Below, piece after piece: positions 34,138 to 46,996 of a DNA stretch of 64,000 bases. This DNA comes from Isurus oxyrinchus. Lineage: Eukaryota. The stretch's first letter is position 1, and each line of letters opens with the position of its first letter. The notes under the pieces are model-generated. The model was not told the DNA's origin and ran no database searches. It was given only the letters and a program-made list of their open reading frames with translations. The stretch is taken from NCBI GenBank assembly GCA_026770705.1, contig JANJGN010000026.1:40238001-40302000 (forward strand), written 5' to 3'. The position numbers were made by a program, and so were the translations under genes.

Positions 34138-36972
34138 AAAATCAAAAAACTGTGGATGCTGGAAATCGAAAACAAAAACAGAATTACCTGGAAAAACTCA
34201 GCAGGTCTATCGGCATCGACGGAGAAGAAAAGTATTGACGTTTCAAGTTCTCATAACCCTTCCACACAACTGAGTGAATATAAGGAGAGGGGTGAAATAT
34301 AAGCTGGTCTAGAGTGGGGGCTGAAGGGGAGATGTGGTTGGGGGGGGGGGTGTCGGCAGTGTGGTTGTAGGGACAAACAAGCTGTGATAGGAGCAGATAA
34401 TCAAAAGATGTCACAGACAAAAGAACAAAAGAACGCAGAGGTGTTGAAGGTAGTGATATTATCTAAACGAATGTGCTAATTAAGAATGGATGGTTAGGCA
34501 CTCAAGGTACAGCTCTATTTGGGGTGGGGTGGAAATAGTAGCAGGGCGTAAAAGATGAAAAAATAATGGAAATAGGTGGGAAAAGAAAAAACTATATACA
34601 TTATTGGAAAAACCAAAAGGAAGGGGGAAGAAACTGAAAGGGGGTGGGGATGAAGGAGGGAGTTCAAGATCTAAAGTTGTTGAATTCAATATTCAGACCG
34701 GAAGGCTGTAAACTGCCTCGTCGGAAGATGAGCTGCTGTGCCTCCAGTTTGCGTTGGGCTTCACTGGAACAATGCAGCAAGCCAAGGACAGACATGTGGG
34801 CAAGAGAGCAGGGTGGAGTGTTAAAATGGCAAGCGACAAGGAGGTTTGGGTAATTCTTGCAGACAGACCACAGGTGTGCTGCAAAGCAGTCGCCCATTTT
34901 ACGTTTGGTCTCTCCAATGTAGAGGAGACCGCATTGGGAGCAACGAATGCAGTAGACTAAGTTGGGGGAAATGCAAGTGAAATGCTGCTTCACTTGAAAG
35001 GAGTGTTTGGGCCCGTGGATGACGAGGAGAGAGTAAGTGAAGGGGCAGGTGTTGCATCTTTTGCGTGGGCATGGGGAGGTGCCATAGGTAGGGGTTGAGG
35101 AGTAGGGGGTGATGGAGGAGTGGACAAGGGTGTCCAGGAGGGAACAATTCCTACGGAATGCCGCCGGGGGGTGGGGTGGGGGTGTGGGGATGTGAAGGGG
35201 AGATGTGTTTGGTGGTGGCATCATGCTGGAGTTGGCGGAAATGGCGATGGATGATGCTTTGAATGCGGAGGCTGGTGGGGTGATAAGTGAGGACAAGGGA
35301 GACCCTATCATGTTTCTGGGAGGGAGGAGAAAGCGTGAGGGCAGATGCGCAGGTTGAGGGCCATGTCAATGATCGTTGGTGGAAAATCTCGGTTAAGGAA
35401 GAAGGAGGACATGTCAGAGGAACTGTTTTTGCAGGTAGCATCATGAGAACAGATGTGACGGAGGCGAAGGAACTGAGAGAATGGGATGCAGTCCTTACAG
35501 GAAGCGGGGTGAGAGGAGCTGTAGTCGAGGTTGCTTTTGGAGTCTGTAGGCTTGTAATGGATATTGGTGGACAGTCTCTCATCAGAGATTGAGACAGAGA
35601 GGTCAAGGAAGGGAAGGGAAGTTTCAGAGATGGACCATGTGAAAATGATGGAGGGGTGGAGATTGAAAGCAAAATTAAGAAATTTTTCCAAGTCCCGACG
35701 AGAGCACGAAGCAGCACTGAGGTAATCATCAATGTACCGGCGAAAGAGATGTGGAACGGGGCCGGAATAGGACTGGAACAAGGAATGTTCCACATAGCCC
35801 ATAAAGAGACAGACATAGCTGGGGCCCATGCGGGTACCCATAGCCACACCATTTATTTGGAGGAAGTGAGAGGAGTTCAAGGAGAGATTGTTCAGTGTGG
35901 GAAAAAGTTCAGCCAGACGGAGGAGAGTAGTGGTGGATGGGGATTGTTCGGGCCACTGTTCGAGGTAGAAGCTAAGGGCCCTGAGAACATCCTGGTGGGG
36001 GATGAGGTGTAGAGGGAATGGACGTCCATGGTGAAGAGGAAGCGGTTGTGGCCAGGGAACTGGAAATTGTTGATGTGATGTAAGGTGTCAGAGGAATAAC
36101 TTCCTCTCTCCTCACCGTCCAAGGGCCCAAGTATTCCTTTCAAGTGAAGCAGCATTTCACTTGCATTTCCCCCAACTTACTCTACTGCATTCGTTGCTTC
36201 CAATGCGGTCTCTTCTACATTTACAAAAGTAAACTGGGTGACCGCTTTGCAGGACACCTGTGGTCTGCCTGCAAGAATTACCCAAACCTCCTCTCGCTTG
36301 TCATTTTAACACTCCACCCTGCTCTCTTGCCCACATGTCTGTCCTTGGCTTGCTGCATTGTTCCAGTGAAGCCCAATGCAAACTGGAGGAACAGCACCTC
36401 ATCTTCCGACGAGGCACTTTACAGCCTTCTGGACTGAATATTGAATTCAACAACTTTAGATCTTGAACTCGCTCCTCCATCCCCACCCCCTTTCAGTTTC
36501 TTCCCACTTCCTTTTGTTTTTTCCAATAATTTATGTGGATTTATCTTTTCCCACCTATTTCCATTATTTTTAAATCTTTTATGCCCTGCTACTCTTTCCA
36601 CCCCACCCCCATTAGAGCTGTACCTTGAGTGACCTACCATCCATTCTTAGTAAGCACATTCGTTTAGATAATATCACTACCTTCAACACCTCTGTGTTCT
36701 TTTGTTCTTTTGTCTGTGACATCTTTTGATTATCTGCTCCTATTACTGCTTGCTTGTCCCTACAACCACACCACCACCCCACCACTTCTCTCCCCGCCCC
36801 CCCCCCCCACACCCCCCTCCCCCACCTCAAACCAGCTTATATTTCAACCCTCTCCTTATATGCACTCAGTTGTGTGGAAGATTCATAAGGATTCGAAATG
36901 TCAAATCTTTTCTCCTCCGCTGATGCTGCCAGACCTGCTGAGTTTTTCCAGGTCATTCTGTTTTTTTTATTT
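34138..36972 (-). mobile_element. Penelope-like retroelement (RT + GIY-YIG endonuclease), 5'-truncated, with about 0.85-kb inverted terminal repeats and a 10-bp target duplication
   Basis: RT motifs FTMDVHSLYT, GVAMGTRMGPSY, RYIDD and YKPTD (35308-36155, frameshifted). GIY-YIG region NLVYCIRCSQCGLLYIGET (34664-35311). Inverted copy at 36110-36972. TCTGAAGCAT at 34128-34137 and 36973-36982. Confidence 0.93.
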
Positions 36973-37696
36973 TCTGAAGCATTGTGTTCCAGAGATCAGA
37001 CTGATGACACTCCCGAAGATCACGAGATCTCCCGCACACTTTTCCATGTATTAAACGAATCACAGCTCTTACACAGCTTCCAGCTTCGAAGACAGTGGTT
37101 TTCCGGTTTTATTTCTGCATTGATTTCCATTCCTCCCTAACTCCCCTTGAACCAGGATGTGTGCTCACAGCTCAAGTCCGCGAGGGTCACTGTTAATGCA
37201 GTGAGACAACTTTGCTGGACTCTCTCTGTATCAACAAGCATTGTGATCACTAAATGTATCACAATTGTATTGAAGCTGCTCAGAGTGCAACATGATCTAT
37301 GTTGATAACTTGAATAGCTTTGCACTTTCTGACTGTCTGTAATGACCATTTTGAAATGCCTGTAATGTTCATTGATTGTATTGAAGGACCTCATGTCCTA
37401 TGTGGAAATTGAATATGATTGCAACTTTTGTGATGACCACTTTGAAATGTTTTGGAATGTTCTTTCAGGTATTTTATGAATAAAGTATATTTTTCTCTAA
37501 AAAAGCATAGTACTCATATTTATCTACTGGGATCTCACTTGGTCTTTCAGATTAAACATGGAGCTGCAATGGATTTACCTACCTTACCAATGTTAGAAAT
37601 AAAAGTCATGAATCTATCGCTTCAGCTGTTTGTTCACCGACCTGTAACTAAAGTGTATGTTGTAGCTTAATTACCTCTCTGGAGACTGTCAACTGG

Positions 37697-37703
37697 TATA
37701 AAT
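37697..37703 (+). promoter_or_regulatory. Candidate TATA box of the GPCR gene
   Basis: TATAAAT 78 bp upstream of the ATG at 37775. Confidence 0.5.
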
Positions 37704-37774
37704 GAGGGACCCTTTGAAAGCGTCGCAGAGTTAAGATATGCATCATTCAGAATCTTTTTGGTTTCTGAAAGACG

Positions 37775-40542
37775 ATGCACGGGCCAGCGAATGGAGCATT
37801 CTATGCCGTTTACTACCCCGTTCTCGCTTTTATTGGTGTCCCGGGTGAGTTATGAATCCCAAATAAATTATTTATTTTTTGTAAATCCCCAAAATGCTGT
37901 CCCTTCTCTTTCTGGATCGCGCTGAACTTTCGTAATACTCGGCACTGTGTAAGTATAGAGGACTTACTGGATTATGGTGTATTAAAGTGCATTACTTGCA
38001 TTTGTGTTGTTCAATAAATTAGGTGGCCAACTTAGCGAACAACCGTCTATTAGATTGCAGAAATGTTAATTATAATGCATGGCATTTTACGCACGTTATA
38101 TTGTTGAACAATAGAAAATATTCTAATGTAGTAAAATGCATTCTGGTGTTTTTCGTATTAGATGGAACAATAGCGTATCTTAGAGCCATAAAATGCATTC
38201 CCGTGCACTGATTTTATAAAAGTACTGAAAATGAATCTAAAGCGCAATCATTATTCAAGATGGATCTTGATGTTACAATTCATTCAATGATTCCACTAAT
38301 ACCCAAGGCGGCGCCTGAAAGCATGTTCTAGTTACAACGTTGTGCGTTCCCACTTGGCAATTCCTTTTGTAAATATGGCCATAGGAATGAATAATGGAAA
38401 CTTTTGGCAGAGGTGAATGGGGGTGCAAGATTTTTAACCAGTTGTCTATTTTGTTGGGTGGGGTTAGGTTTTGTGCATTTGGACTTTATTTTGGATAATT
38501 ATGTTTTTTATTGAATAATGGCACGTGGCTGGCACTGGGAGGGTCAGCATTTATTGTCCATCCCTCCTTTCCATTTGAGGAATTTGAGTTGCACTTTTTT
38601 TTCTTGAGTCTCTGCAGGACGAATGGTGTAAATGTTTCACAGAATTCTTGGCAAACAAATTTGATAAGGAATCGCACAAAGATATATGAATCAGATGTCA
38701 AAACGTTTGATCAACGAAGTACGTTTTTAAAAACAATTGAAAAATAAGTAAAGAGAGACGGAGGGTGGGTTCGGAATTCTTTCTCAGAAGATGAAAGAAT
38801 AAATTTTAGTGATGGAGCGGTTAATATCAGGGATGCTCATGGGAGCAAAGTTGGATGTACGCTGTGATCTCAGATTGTTTTAAGGCTGCAGGATTTTACA
38901 GGGATCTGGAGTGGCGACGCTAAAGATCGGTTTGAAAATCAGGAAGAGAATATTGAAATAGAGGCTTTAGCGGACAAGGGTCCAGTGTAGCTCAGTGAGC
39001 AGAGTGGTGATTGATCAACGGGACTTGGTGTGGGTAAGGGTATGGGGAGCAATTTCTTTTTTGAATGAGTTGAAGTTCAATAACGATGCGAAGTTATATA
39101 CCGCTCAAAAGACTTCCAATGGTCATGAGACTAGTTATAAGAAAGGCTTGGATACGGTTTTAACAGCGGTTAAGCTAAGGCAGGGTTAGAGACAGGCGAT
39201 ATTATGGGCTGTATTAGAAAGGTTGAAGGATGCAGTGTCGGTGTTTATGATAGACATGGGGATGTGGGCGTTTGGAAATTTATCTCACGGTCAAACAAGA
39301 GATAACCGTTGTAAAGACCGTCGAACATCATAAGATAGTGAGCCACGGGAATGGGATCAGTGGCCAGAGGGCGGACTTTGTGGCGAGAACTGATTTTAAT
39401 GTCCTTTATGTTGACAAATGTTCAATCCAACATTACATGTCGAACAGTTAGCAACTGAGTTGGAATAACTGGAGTCTGGAGGTGGTGAAGGGGCTGATCA
39501 AGAGAGTTTGAGAACCAGATTCGATGAGGCAGTAGCTCGTGTCTGGAGTTCACTCGGTTACATCTCTCTCTTTCTATTTCTTGCAGCCAACTTGGTGGCG
39601 ATCATAATCCTGTCCCGAGGACGGTGCGGACTCTCCAGATGCATCACCTACTACCTGGTGGCGATAGCAGTGACTGATTTCCTTGTCATGATCGCTGCCG
39701 TTATCCTCAACCGGATTGGTGGCATTTACTTTAAGTATAGTGTCCTATCTACCACCCCGGGGTGCGCTGTCAGCACTGTGTTTGTCTATGCCACCCGGGA
39801 TGGCTCAGTCTGGCTGACTGTCGCCTTCACCTTCGACCGTTTTGTGGCCATCTGCTGTCAGAGCCTGAAGGCCAGATACTGCACTGAGAAAAGTGCGGTG
39901 CTGGTTATAGGATTGGTCAGTGCCCTGAGCTGCGCCAAGAACGTCCCTTTCTACTTCACCTATCAGCCCTTGTATAGTCTGGATGGGGTGTCCTGGTTCT
40001 GCGACATTAAGTCCAGCTACTACCTATTGCCCGCCTGGCAGGCCTACGACTGGCTAGATCACATCTTGACTCCTTTCCTCCCTTTCATCCTCATTCTGCT
40101 GCTCAATGCCCTGACCGTAAGGCACATCTTAGCAGCCAGCAGAACCCGCAAGAGGCTCCGGGGCGCCGAGAGTCACGGAGACCCAGAGATCGCCAACCGC
40201 AAGAGGTCCATTGTCCTACTCTTCACTATCTCCCTCAGCTTCCTCCTCCTGTGGGTCACCTATGTCGGACATTTCCTCTTCGTGCGGATTACGGGTGACG
40301 CCTACTTCACTGGTCTGGATTTCAATGACCCACACTTCATGCTTCAAGAGACAACCAACATGCTGCAGTTATTCAGTTCCTGCAATAACATCTTCATCTA
40401 CGCAGTAGCCCAGACTAAGTTCAGGGATGAGCTGAAGAAGGTGCTGAATTGCCCCTTTGCGACCCTCGCCTTTTGCTTCGAATGGTGTGTTATCAAGCAG
40501 TTAGGGGCCAGTGATGTTTTGTTTAAAGTAGACAAAGTTTGA
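37775..40542 (+). CDS. gpr139-like: Two-exon class A GPCR, GPR139/GPR142-like, about 341 aa: exon 1 37775-37844, exon 2 39587-40542
   Basis: Exon 1 MHGPANGAFYAVYYPVLAFIGVP|gtgagt splices in phase 1 to ttgcag|(A)NLVAIIILSRGRCGLSRCITYYLVAIAVTD...FTFDRFVAICC...NIFIY. Seven hydrophobic segments, no stops. AATAAA at 40598-40603. Confidence 0.9.
38740..39540 (-). mobile_element. Decayed L2-like LINE fragment in the GPCR intron
   Basis: Degenerate LINE-like tract recognised by resemblance only; no ORF. Confidence 0.45.
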
Positions 40543-41669
40543 AAGCCCAGTTGCTTAAAAAATACAGTCACAATATTTCACAGTTTTGAACAAGCGAAAT
40601 AAACGTTACCATGTACAGGTAGCAAAGTAGAACAATTTGCATTACCAATCTGATACGCTAACATTTAGAACTAACATGAAGTAAATATTAAATAGCGAGC
40701 AACTGTGGTCGAACACACCACATTGCATATTAAAAGGCAGAAGCGACCAAGACAGACCCCACGGATTTCTCAGCGACCCACCTAGACGTCCGTGAGCACA
40801 GTGAGTCACACAGTTTCTGCCTCCCTCACGAGGGGTTCCTCTCTTCAATTTCAAAGAACAAGCGTCTGAATTCCCTTGAAAATTGCTCTGACTTGGCTTG
40901 TCTCAGGACTGTTCACCTCCCAGTGGTTTAACCTTGTATCCCAACATAACACATCAATCTCTAATCATTGGCACAATTTCAGCTCTCTAACGGACAGCTA
41001 GCTTCACTGTTGCCGCTGCCCAAGCATTTTACCGATCTCCAATCTCCCCAGCTGCACCAAGTTATCAGTGACTCTAACAGCTTCCGCGGAGCCCTAACCC
41101 TGTCAGCAGCATGGAGACTGCCACCTTCTGCCTTTCTCTGGTCCACATGGCTTCTGAATCCTAAGTGCACGGACTTATCAAACGGGACCTGTGACTTCTC
41201 CTGAGCCCCATCTATACAGAGCGATCTAACAGCAAACTGTTTGCTGCCTAGTGCCTCTTCCTTGCTGCTAGGCCCACACAGTCACCTGGGGTTATTTTTC
41301 CCCACCACCTATACCCATGCCCAGGTCCCGTAGTCGTCTTTGTGAGTCACCACCACCACTCAGGCGCCTTGGTGATGACTACAATGCTCCCAACTGCCGA
41401 TCACTGGGCTGTTTATACGCAAACTGTGACATTCCAAGGTTGCGCTGAAACCCTCAGGGAATTCTGTGCTTGTTCTCCTCCGCCTCTGCCCGGAAAATAC
41501 CCCGGACCATGTCCTTAACTGGTGAAAAATAATAAAACCCCTTCATGGTGTTTCTCTTCCACCAGACTGTCTCAGTGCATAGACCTTTCTGTCACTTTAC
41601 CCATAAATCGTCCGCTCAAGCTCCCACATTCTAGGTATATGAAACTCATAGTGCAGCGCCAACGGTCTG

Positions 41670-42030
41670 CAGCTGTCTAAACTGAAGGAATCCTGAGCGA
41701 TTGAATGTGCTGACTTTCTGGATGAGACGCTGAACGACGGCCTCTGGCTACGCTTTCAGGTGGATTGCAAAATATCTCACTGTCTCTATTCAAAAATTTA
41801 ACAAAACAGCAAAACATTCTCCCCAGTGTGCTTGACCATTATTTATCCTTCATTTAACACCATTGAAGACGGTTTTGTGCTCATTTATCTCATTACTTTT
41901 TGTGGAATCTTGCTTTGCCCACCTTTTGCTGCCGCGTTTCCTGCATTACAACAGGAACGTTTCTAATTGGCTGTAAAGCCCTTTGGGCGCCCTGAGGCCT
42001 GGAACGGCGCTATGGAAATACCTGATTCTT
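41670..42030 (+). mobile_element. Old SINE (Deu/SacSINE-like)
   Basis: gatgagacgctgaac...tgtggaatcttgct...taattggctgtaaagccctttgg...gcgctat; part of it recurs at 32090-32250. Confidence 0.55.
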
Positions 42031-43214
42031 TTTTCTTTCATTCATTCTTTCTCAGCAACAACTCCACACCGCAGAGACTCGATCTCCACGTTTAGTCCTT
42101 ACACTCAAAATAAAGTATTTGATAACATGAGAATTCATTTTTGAGTTTTGATCCTGAATGTGCTACCCGAAAGGAAGCTGGATCCAGATTAAACAATAAA
42201 TTCCAAATGGGAATTGGATAAATGCTGGAAAAGGCGGACATGGTGAAACGAACGGGAGAGTGTAACGAACTGCCCGTTATCTACTATTTCTAAAGGAAAA
42301 TACAGCTAGATTAATGGACACAATCCCTTCCTTTCAGTATGAATAACGTCATCTGTTGGAAAGTAGAAACAAATTTGCAATTTACTCATCAACACAAACA
42401 CGGCCGGCTTTCAGCTCCTTTTTAAAAAGCCGGCAGTTTTTTTTTGCACCGCACCCGTCCCTCCAAACATTGTAGTCCGAGGCCATCACCTAGTTCGCCG
42501 AGTGGAGGCGCATCTCCTGCTAAATGAATAGTTCTTTTGGAAACCCAGCAAAACGCAGTTGTCTTCACCCAATGCTTTGTGGGTGTAAACTGCGCTTTTC
42601 GCGACCTCAGGCCAACCGAAAAGTGCTTCACAGTGGCTCAGGGGGCGACAGGTTATCGGGGATTGGCGGGAATCTCAGGCCGAGGTTACAATAAAATCAG
42701 TCATGACCTTATTGAATGGTGCAACGAAATCGAGGAGCCGAGTGGCCTATTCCTGCTTCTAGTGCGTATGTTAGCATGGTCCAGTGTAATATAAGCAGCG
42801 ACAGGGAAGGTCTGGTGTGATAGAAAGAAAAACAGTTTCAAACGGAATATGAATAAAGATAAAAGGTGTCATGACGTAATCACTGGGGTAGTATTTAATT
42901 TGATAAAAGGAGATGTGCTTTAATACGATAGAGGCAATGTGTAGTTGATTAATACTAGAGCCAGCAACTACTGTAATATGAACAAAGGCCCGGTGCACTG
43001 CATTGATAACTGAGGCCGGGACTTCCTTATGTAAATGGAACCGTGCTCAAGGACAATAGCAATGGAAGCATGATCGTGTGTAAATTAAGCAAAGGTATAT
43101 CCGTCTGTAGTAATAAATGAGATAGCGTTTAGTTTAATATAATCAGCGGCATGCATTAGTAAACATTAATAATGATGGGCTTCCCACAGACGTGCAATCT
43201 ATGCCTTATATCCA

Positions 43215-43800
43215 CAGGGTGGATGTGGAAAATATATTCCCCCTTATGAGGGAGACTAGAACTAGGGGACAGAGTTTAAAAAATAAGGGATCTCCAATTT
43301 AAGATGAGGAGAATTTTTGTCGCTCAGATGTTCGAGAGTCTGGGTAGCCTCTTTCCCAGCGAGTGGTGGAGACAGGGTTATTGAATATTAGTAAAACTGT
43401 GTTAAATAGATATTGACTGACAAAAGAGTCAAAGATTATCAGGGGAATTACTGATGGTAGTGCAATTGAATGTCAAACGGCCATGGTTAGATTCTCTCTT
43501 GTTGAAAATATTCATTACCTGGCACTTGTGTGGCTTGAATGTTATCTGCCCCTTCTCATCCCAAGCTTTAGATCTTGCTGCATTTGCACATGGGCTGCTT
43601 CAGTATCTGAGGAGTTGTGAATGGTTCTGAACATTGTGCAATTATCCGCAAAATGTCCCCACTTCTGGCCTTATGATGGAAGGAAGGTCACTGATGAAAC
43701 AGCTGAAGGTGGTTGGGCCTAGGACACTACTCAGGAACTCTTGCAGTGATGTCCTTGAACTGAGATGACTGATCTTCAACAACCACAACCATTTCAGTGA
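43215..43800. mobile_element. Adjacent LINE fragments: CR1 3' end (+, 43215-43445) and RT fragment (-, 43445-43800)
   Basis: Homology to 5313-5600 and, reversed, to 6900-7230. Confidence 0.75.
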
Positions 43801-45454
43801 CGGTGATTGGTGGAGAAATATTGTCCAGTTTCCCTTCTCTGCTTCAAAATAGTGGTCATGTGATCCACTCATCCGAAAGCCAGCCCCTCTGACGGTGCAT
43901 ATTTCCCTGAGGACTGAAGTGATGAGTCGTCATAGATCCTGGGGGAAAAGTCTCCTGAAGCTTCTTGTTCAGAGGCGATAGGGCGGGTAACTGAGCCTCG
44001 GCTGACAAGTAGTTTTGGCGGAAGGGCCTTTGTATTGTTATGCCTGTGCACCTTTCTGCAAATGTATATAGCTTATATGCACACTTTCAAGGAAATGAAT
44101 ACAAATCTTTTATAGTGGTGATCAGGCTAATGACTAACCTACGGGGTGCTGTGATCTCTCGGCGACTCGATCACTGGCCCTCCTGAACGGGAAGTCAGTT
44201 TCCGTCAGGGTCTCCTCAGTAAATTCCCGGATTGTTGTTTCCGACAGATTACACATGCCTCGTGAGCGGACAGAATCTGTGAACAGACTGGAGCCAGAAT
44301 CTTGGTAATCCCAGGACTTGGGGACCCCTGAACAGCATAACCCAGGAAAAAGGATTGAAATAAAGAGAAGGAAATTTAAAGAAATAAACTTTACTGGCCT
44401 CCTGGAAGCAGGGAGCTATTACATTTTAACCGTGGAGTCAAATATCACACGAGAAGAGAAATAGCCTCTTACAGACGGAGGATGTCAGTAAGCACTTCCC
44501 AACCGCACGAAGTACCTTTCCAGTGTAGCCACTGTTCTGATGTTAGTAATATTATTTACATAGTGGGCAGTGGGACTGTTTGATTCTCTGCCAGAAAGGG
44601 TTGTCACTCTGACTCTTATAGTGGAGTGAAGGGATTTGAGTGTCCAGGTATTTTCCTGATACTTTGAAGTTGTGGCTAATAGTGACCAAAATATTCGGTC
44701 ACGAACAGATGGACTGGTCTCTCCCTGCCTATCTCTCTCTCGCTGTCTCTTTGTCTCTTTCTCTCTGTCGCGCTCTATCTCTCTCTTTGTCCCAATCTCT
44801 CTCTCTCTGGCTCTCAATGCGATAAACTTTTACTTCGGACTATGCAGTGACATTGGACCAAGAAATGTAATGATTTATAGGCCTCAACCAATAAGTATCT
44901 TCTGTAATTCACCTATCGATTTTTAACCTATATACACTATTGTTTACAGTAACGTCTCACAATGCCAAAATATTTCCAGTATTCCCAACTGTCACGTGTC
45001 AGAGACGTGAAATGATGGCTTGGTACGTTTTCTGCAAAGATAAGTCCCGGAGCGGCATCTAGTGGGATCCTGCTTGTAAAACAACGACTCTCAATTTATT
45101 CTCGAATATTGCTGCATGATATTGCTGCATCACTATTCTGCCACGTGATTATGGTTTTTGTAGCTTTAGTTTTATTATTACTGGAAGTTCTATCTTTTCA
45201 TTGTTTTGCTTATGCTACCGTTACTATTTAATATTAATTCCTAGACTATTTGACTCAGTTTTCTGACGTGCCTACGTCAGTAGGACAGTACCTGTTCATT
45301 TGCATAAATAGGTGGGCATCTTGTTCATAAATTCATAAATCCGCAACTGATGAGATTGTGATTGTTCATTTCGGAAGAATGTAATGCTTGCGAACACCTT
45401 AATCATCAAATAACGATGTCAGTCAAATTTCAGGATGCCAGATACATACGAGCA

Positions 45455-45740
45455 TAAAAATACGCCGCCATCTAATAAGGTCATGTCTGATTTGACTGTA
45501 ACCTCCACCTAACGCCGGTTACCTTCCACTCCCTTGTTTATCAAAAATCGATCACCCTCTCCTTGAAAACATTCAAAGACCCTGTTTCCCCTGCCCTTTG
45601 AGAAAGGGGTTTCCAAAGAAATGCACTTTCTGAGAGAAAATTTTCTTCTCATCTCTGCTTTAAATAGGAGACCCTTTATTTTTAAACTGTGACCCCTAGT
45701 TCTAGGTTTTCCCACAAGAGGAAAGATCCTTTCCATGCGT
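45455..45740 (-). mobile_element. CR1 3' fragment
   Basis: Encodes ERIFPLVGKPRTRGHSLKIKG..FKAEMRR. Confidence 0.85.
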
Positions 45741-45895
45741 GATTTATTTTTATAGAGGTCGTTAATCTGTATGCTGTATTATTATGAAATAATAAAAAAT
45801 TCAGTTACTCGGATGATGAACAGTTTTTTTTTGCAGAATCGCTCCCGCTTCTAAAGCCCATGTCCCGATTGTCTTCCCAGTCCCCATGTCGAATG

Positions 45896-46215
45896 AATTC
45901 TAGTGCAGTCTCCTCCCTTCTGTATCTCCACGTGTTTCACTGCACTGTTCTACACCGTAGCAACTGAGAACTGAACCGAGTGAACGGTAAGAGTGGTAGA
46001 GCCTTTCACATGGTCCACAGATACTTTAAATCTTTCTTCAACTCTTTCATCACTGAATATGGAGAAGAGATGCTCTGGGGGCGCAAGTAGAGAATTGGCG
46101 GTGCAAGATTATAAGTTCATTTGCAGCGAAAGTAGAGTTATGGTGAAGCAAAATGATTGTCCTTGTGTTCGCGATAAACCAATATCAGAATTTGTTTCCC
46201 AGTGACAAGGAGTAG
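45896..46215 (-). pseudogene. V pseudogene lacking both canonical cysteines (family E, copy 2)
   Basis: ggcag|TPCHWETNSDIGLSRTQGQ, frameshift, ILLHHNSTFAANELIILHRQFSTC, frameshift, PEHLFSIFSDERVEERFKVSVDHVKGSTTLTVHSVQFSVATV*NSAVK. RSS CACGTGG-23-ACTAGAATT. Confidence 0.82.
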
Positions 46216-46489
46216 CTGCCAAAACAAGAATGAAATTAACATAATGATATATACAAGGTATACTAAATGTAGTGCTTGTGGAAAAAAGGTAGAATAAACT
46301 GATCAGTCCACCCATCCACCTATCCACCCTGGGTCCACCTGAGTTAACGGTTCTGTAAGAATAGCCCATAATTATCAGCTATAGGAACTCCACTTCTGAG
46401 AGATTTCATTACCTCTGTCGGCAAATCGATATTGCGAGTAAGTTCGGAACTAGTTACGCAACAAATAGCTGCATGGGAATAACGTTGGA

Positions 46490-46820
46490 CACGATGGTGT
46501 ACTGGCATTATCTCTGCAATAGTGCTTTAAGAATCCGGGCTAACCCTTTGGGGGCTCAGGTTCGAGTCCTGCTATAGTAGAATTTAAATTCAATTTAGAA
46601 GTATAATGATGACCATAAAACGGTTGTTGTAAAAACCCATTTGGTTCACTGTTGTCCTTTAGGGAGGGAAATCTGTCGTCCTTACCTGGCCTGGCCTACA
46701 TGTGGCTCCAGGCCCACAGCAATGTGGTTGATTCTAAAATGTCCACTGAACAAGGGCAATTTGGGGGTGAGCAACAAATGCTGGCCTAGCCAGTGACGCC
46801 CACATCCGATGAACGAACAA
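46490..46820 (+). mobile_element. tRNA-derived SINE
   Basis: B box GGTTCGAGTCC; 3' tail aagggcaat...aaatgctggcctagccagtgacgcccacatcc shared with the LINE copies. Confidence 0.85.
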
Positions 46821-46996
46821 ACATTTCCCCCCCCCCCCCCAAAACTGTCTCTCTGTGGATTTAGACAAGGACAAAAAGAGTAATAAAACTGCGGTAAATA
46901 GACCTGTCTGTTTTGCTTTTCAGGAACACAGGATGAAACCCTTCCGATCCACAAAAGCACATAAGAAAGCTTATCGAAGCTGTAAGTGCTCGCTGA

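Noticed and set aside
39508-39586. N-terminus MRTRFDEAV... of the 344-aa ORF
   Set aside because: TTG start reading through an intron and polypyrimidine tract; the true start is exon 1 at 37775
46490-46575. tRNA gene
   Set aside because: The B box belongs to a SINE head; no complete cloverleaf
46682-46996. C-terminal extension of the 199-aa ORF as a non-rearranging V-containing protein
   Set aside because: It is read-through past the RSS into a SINE, with no transmembrane or other domain signal
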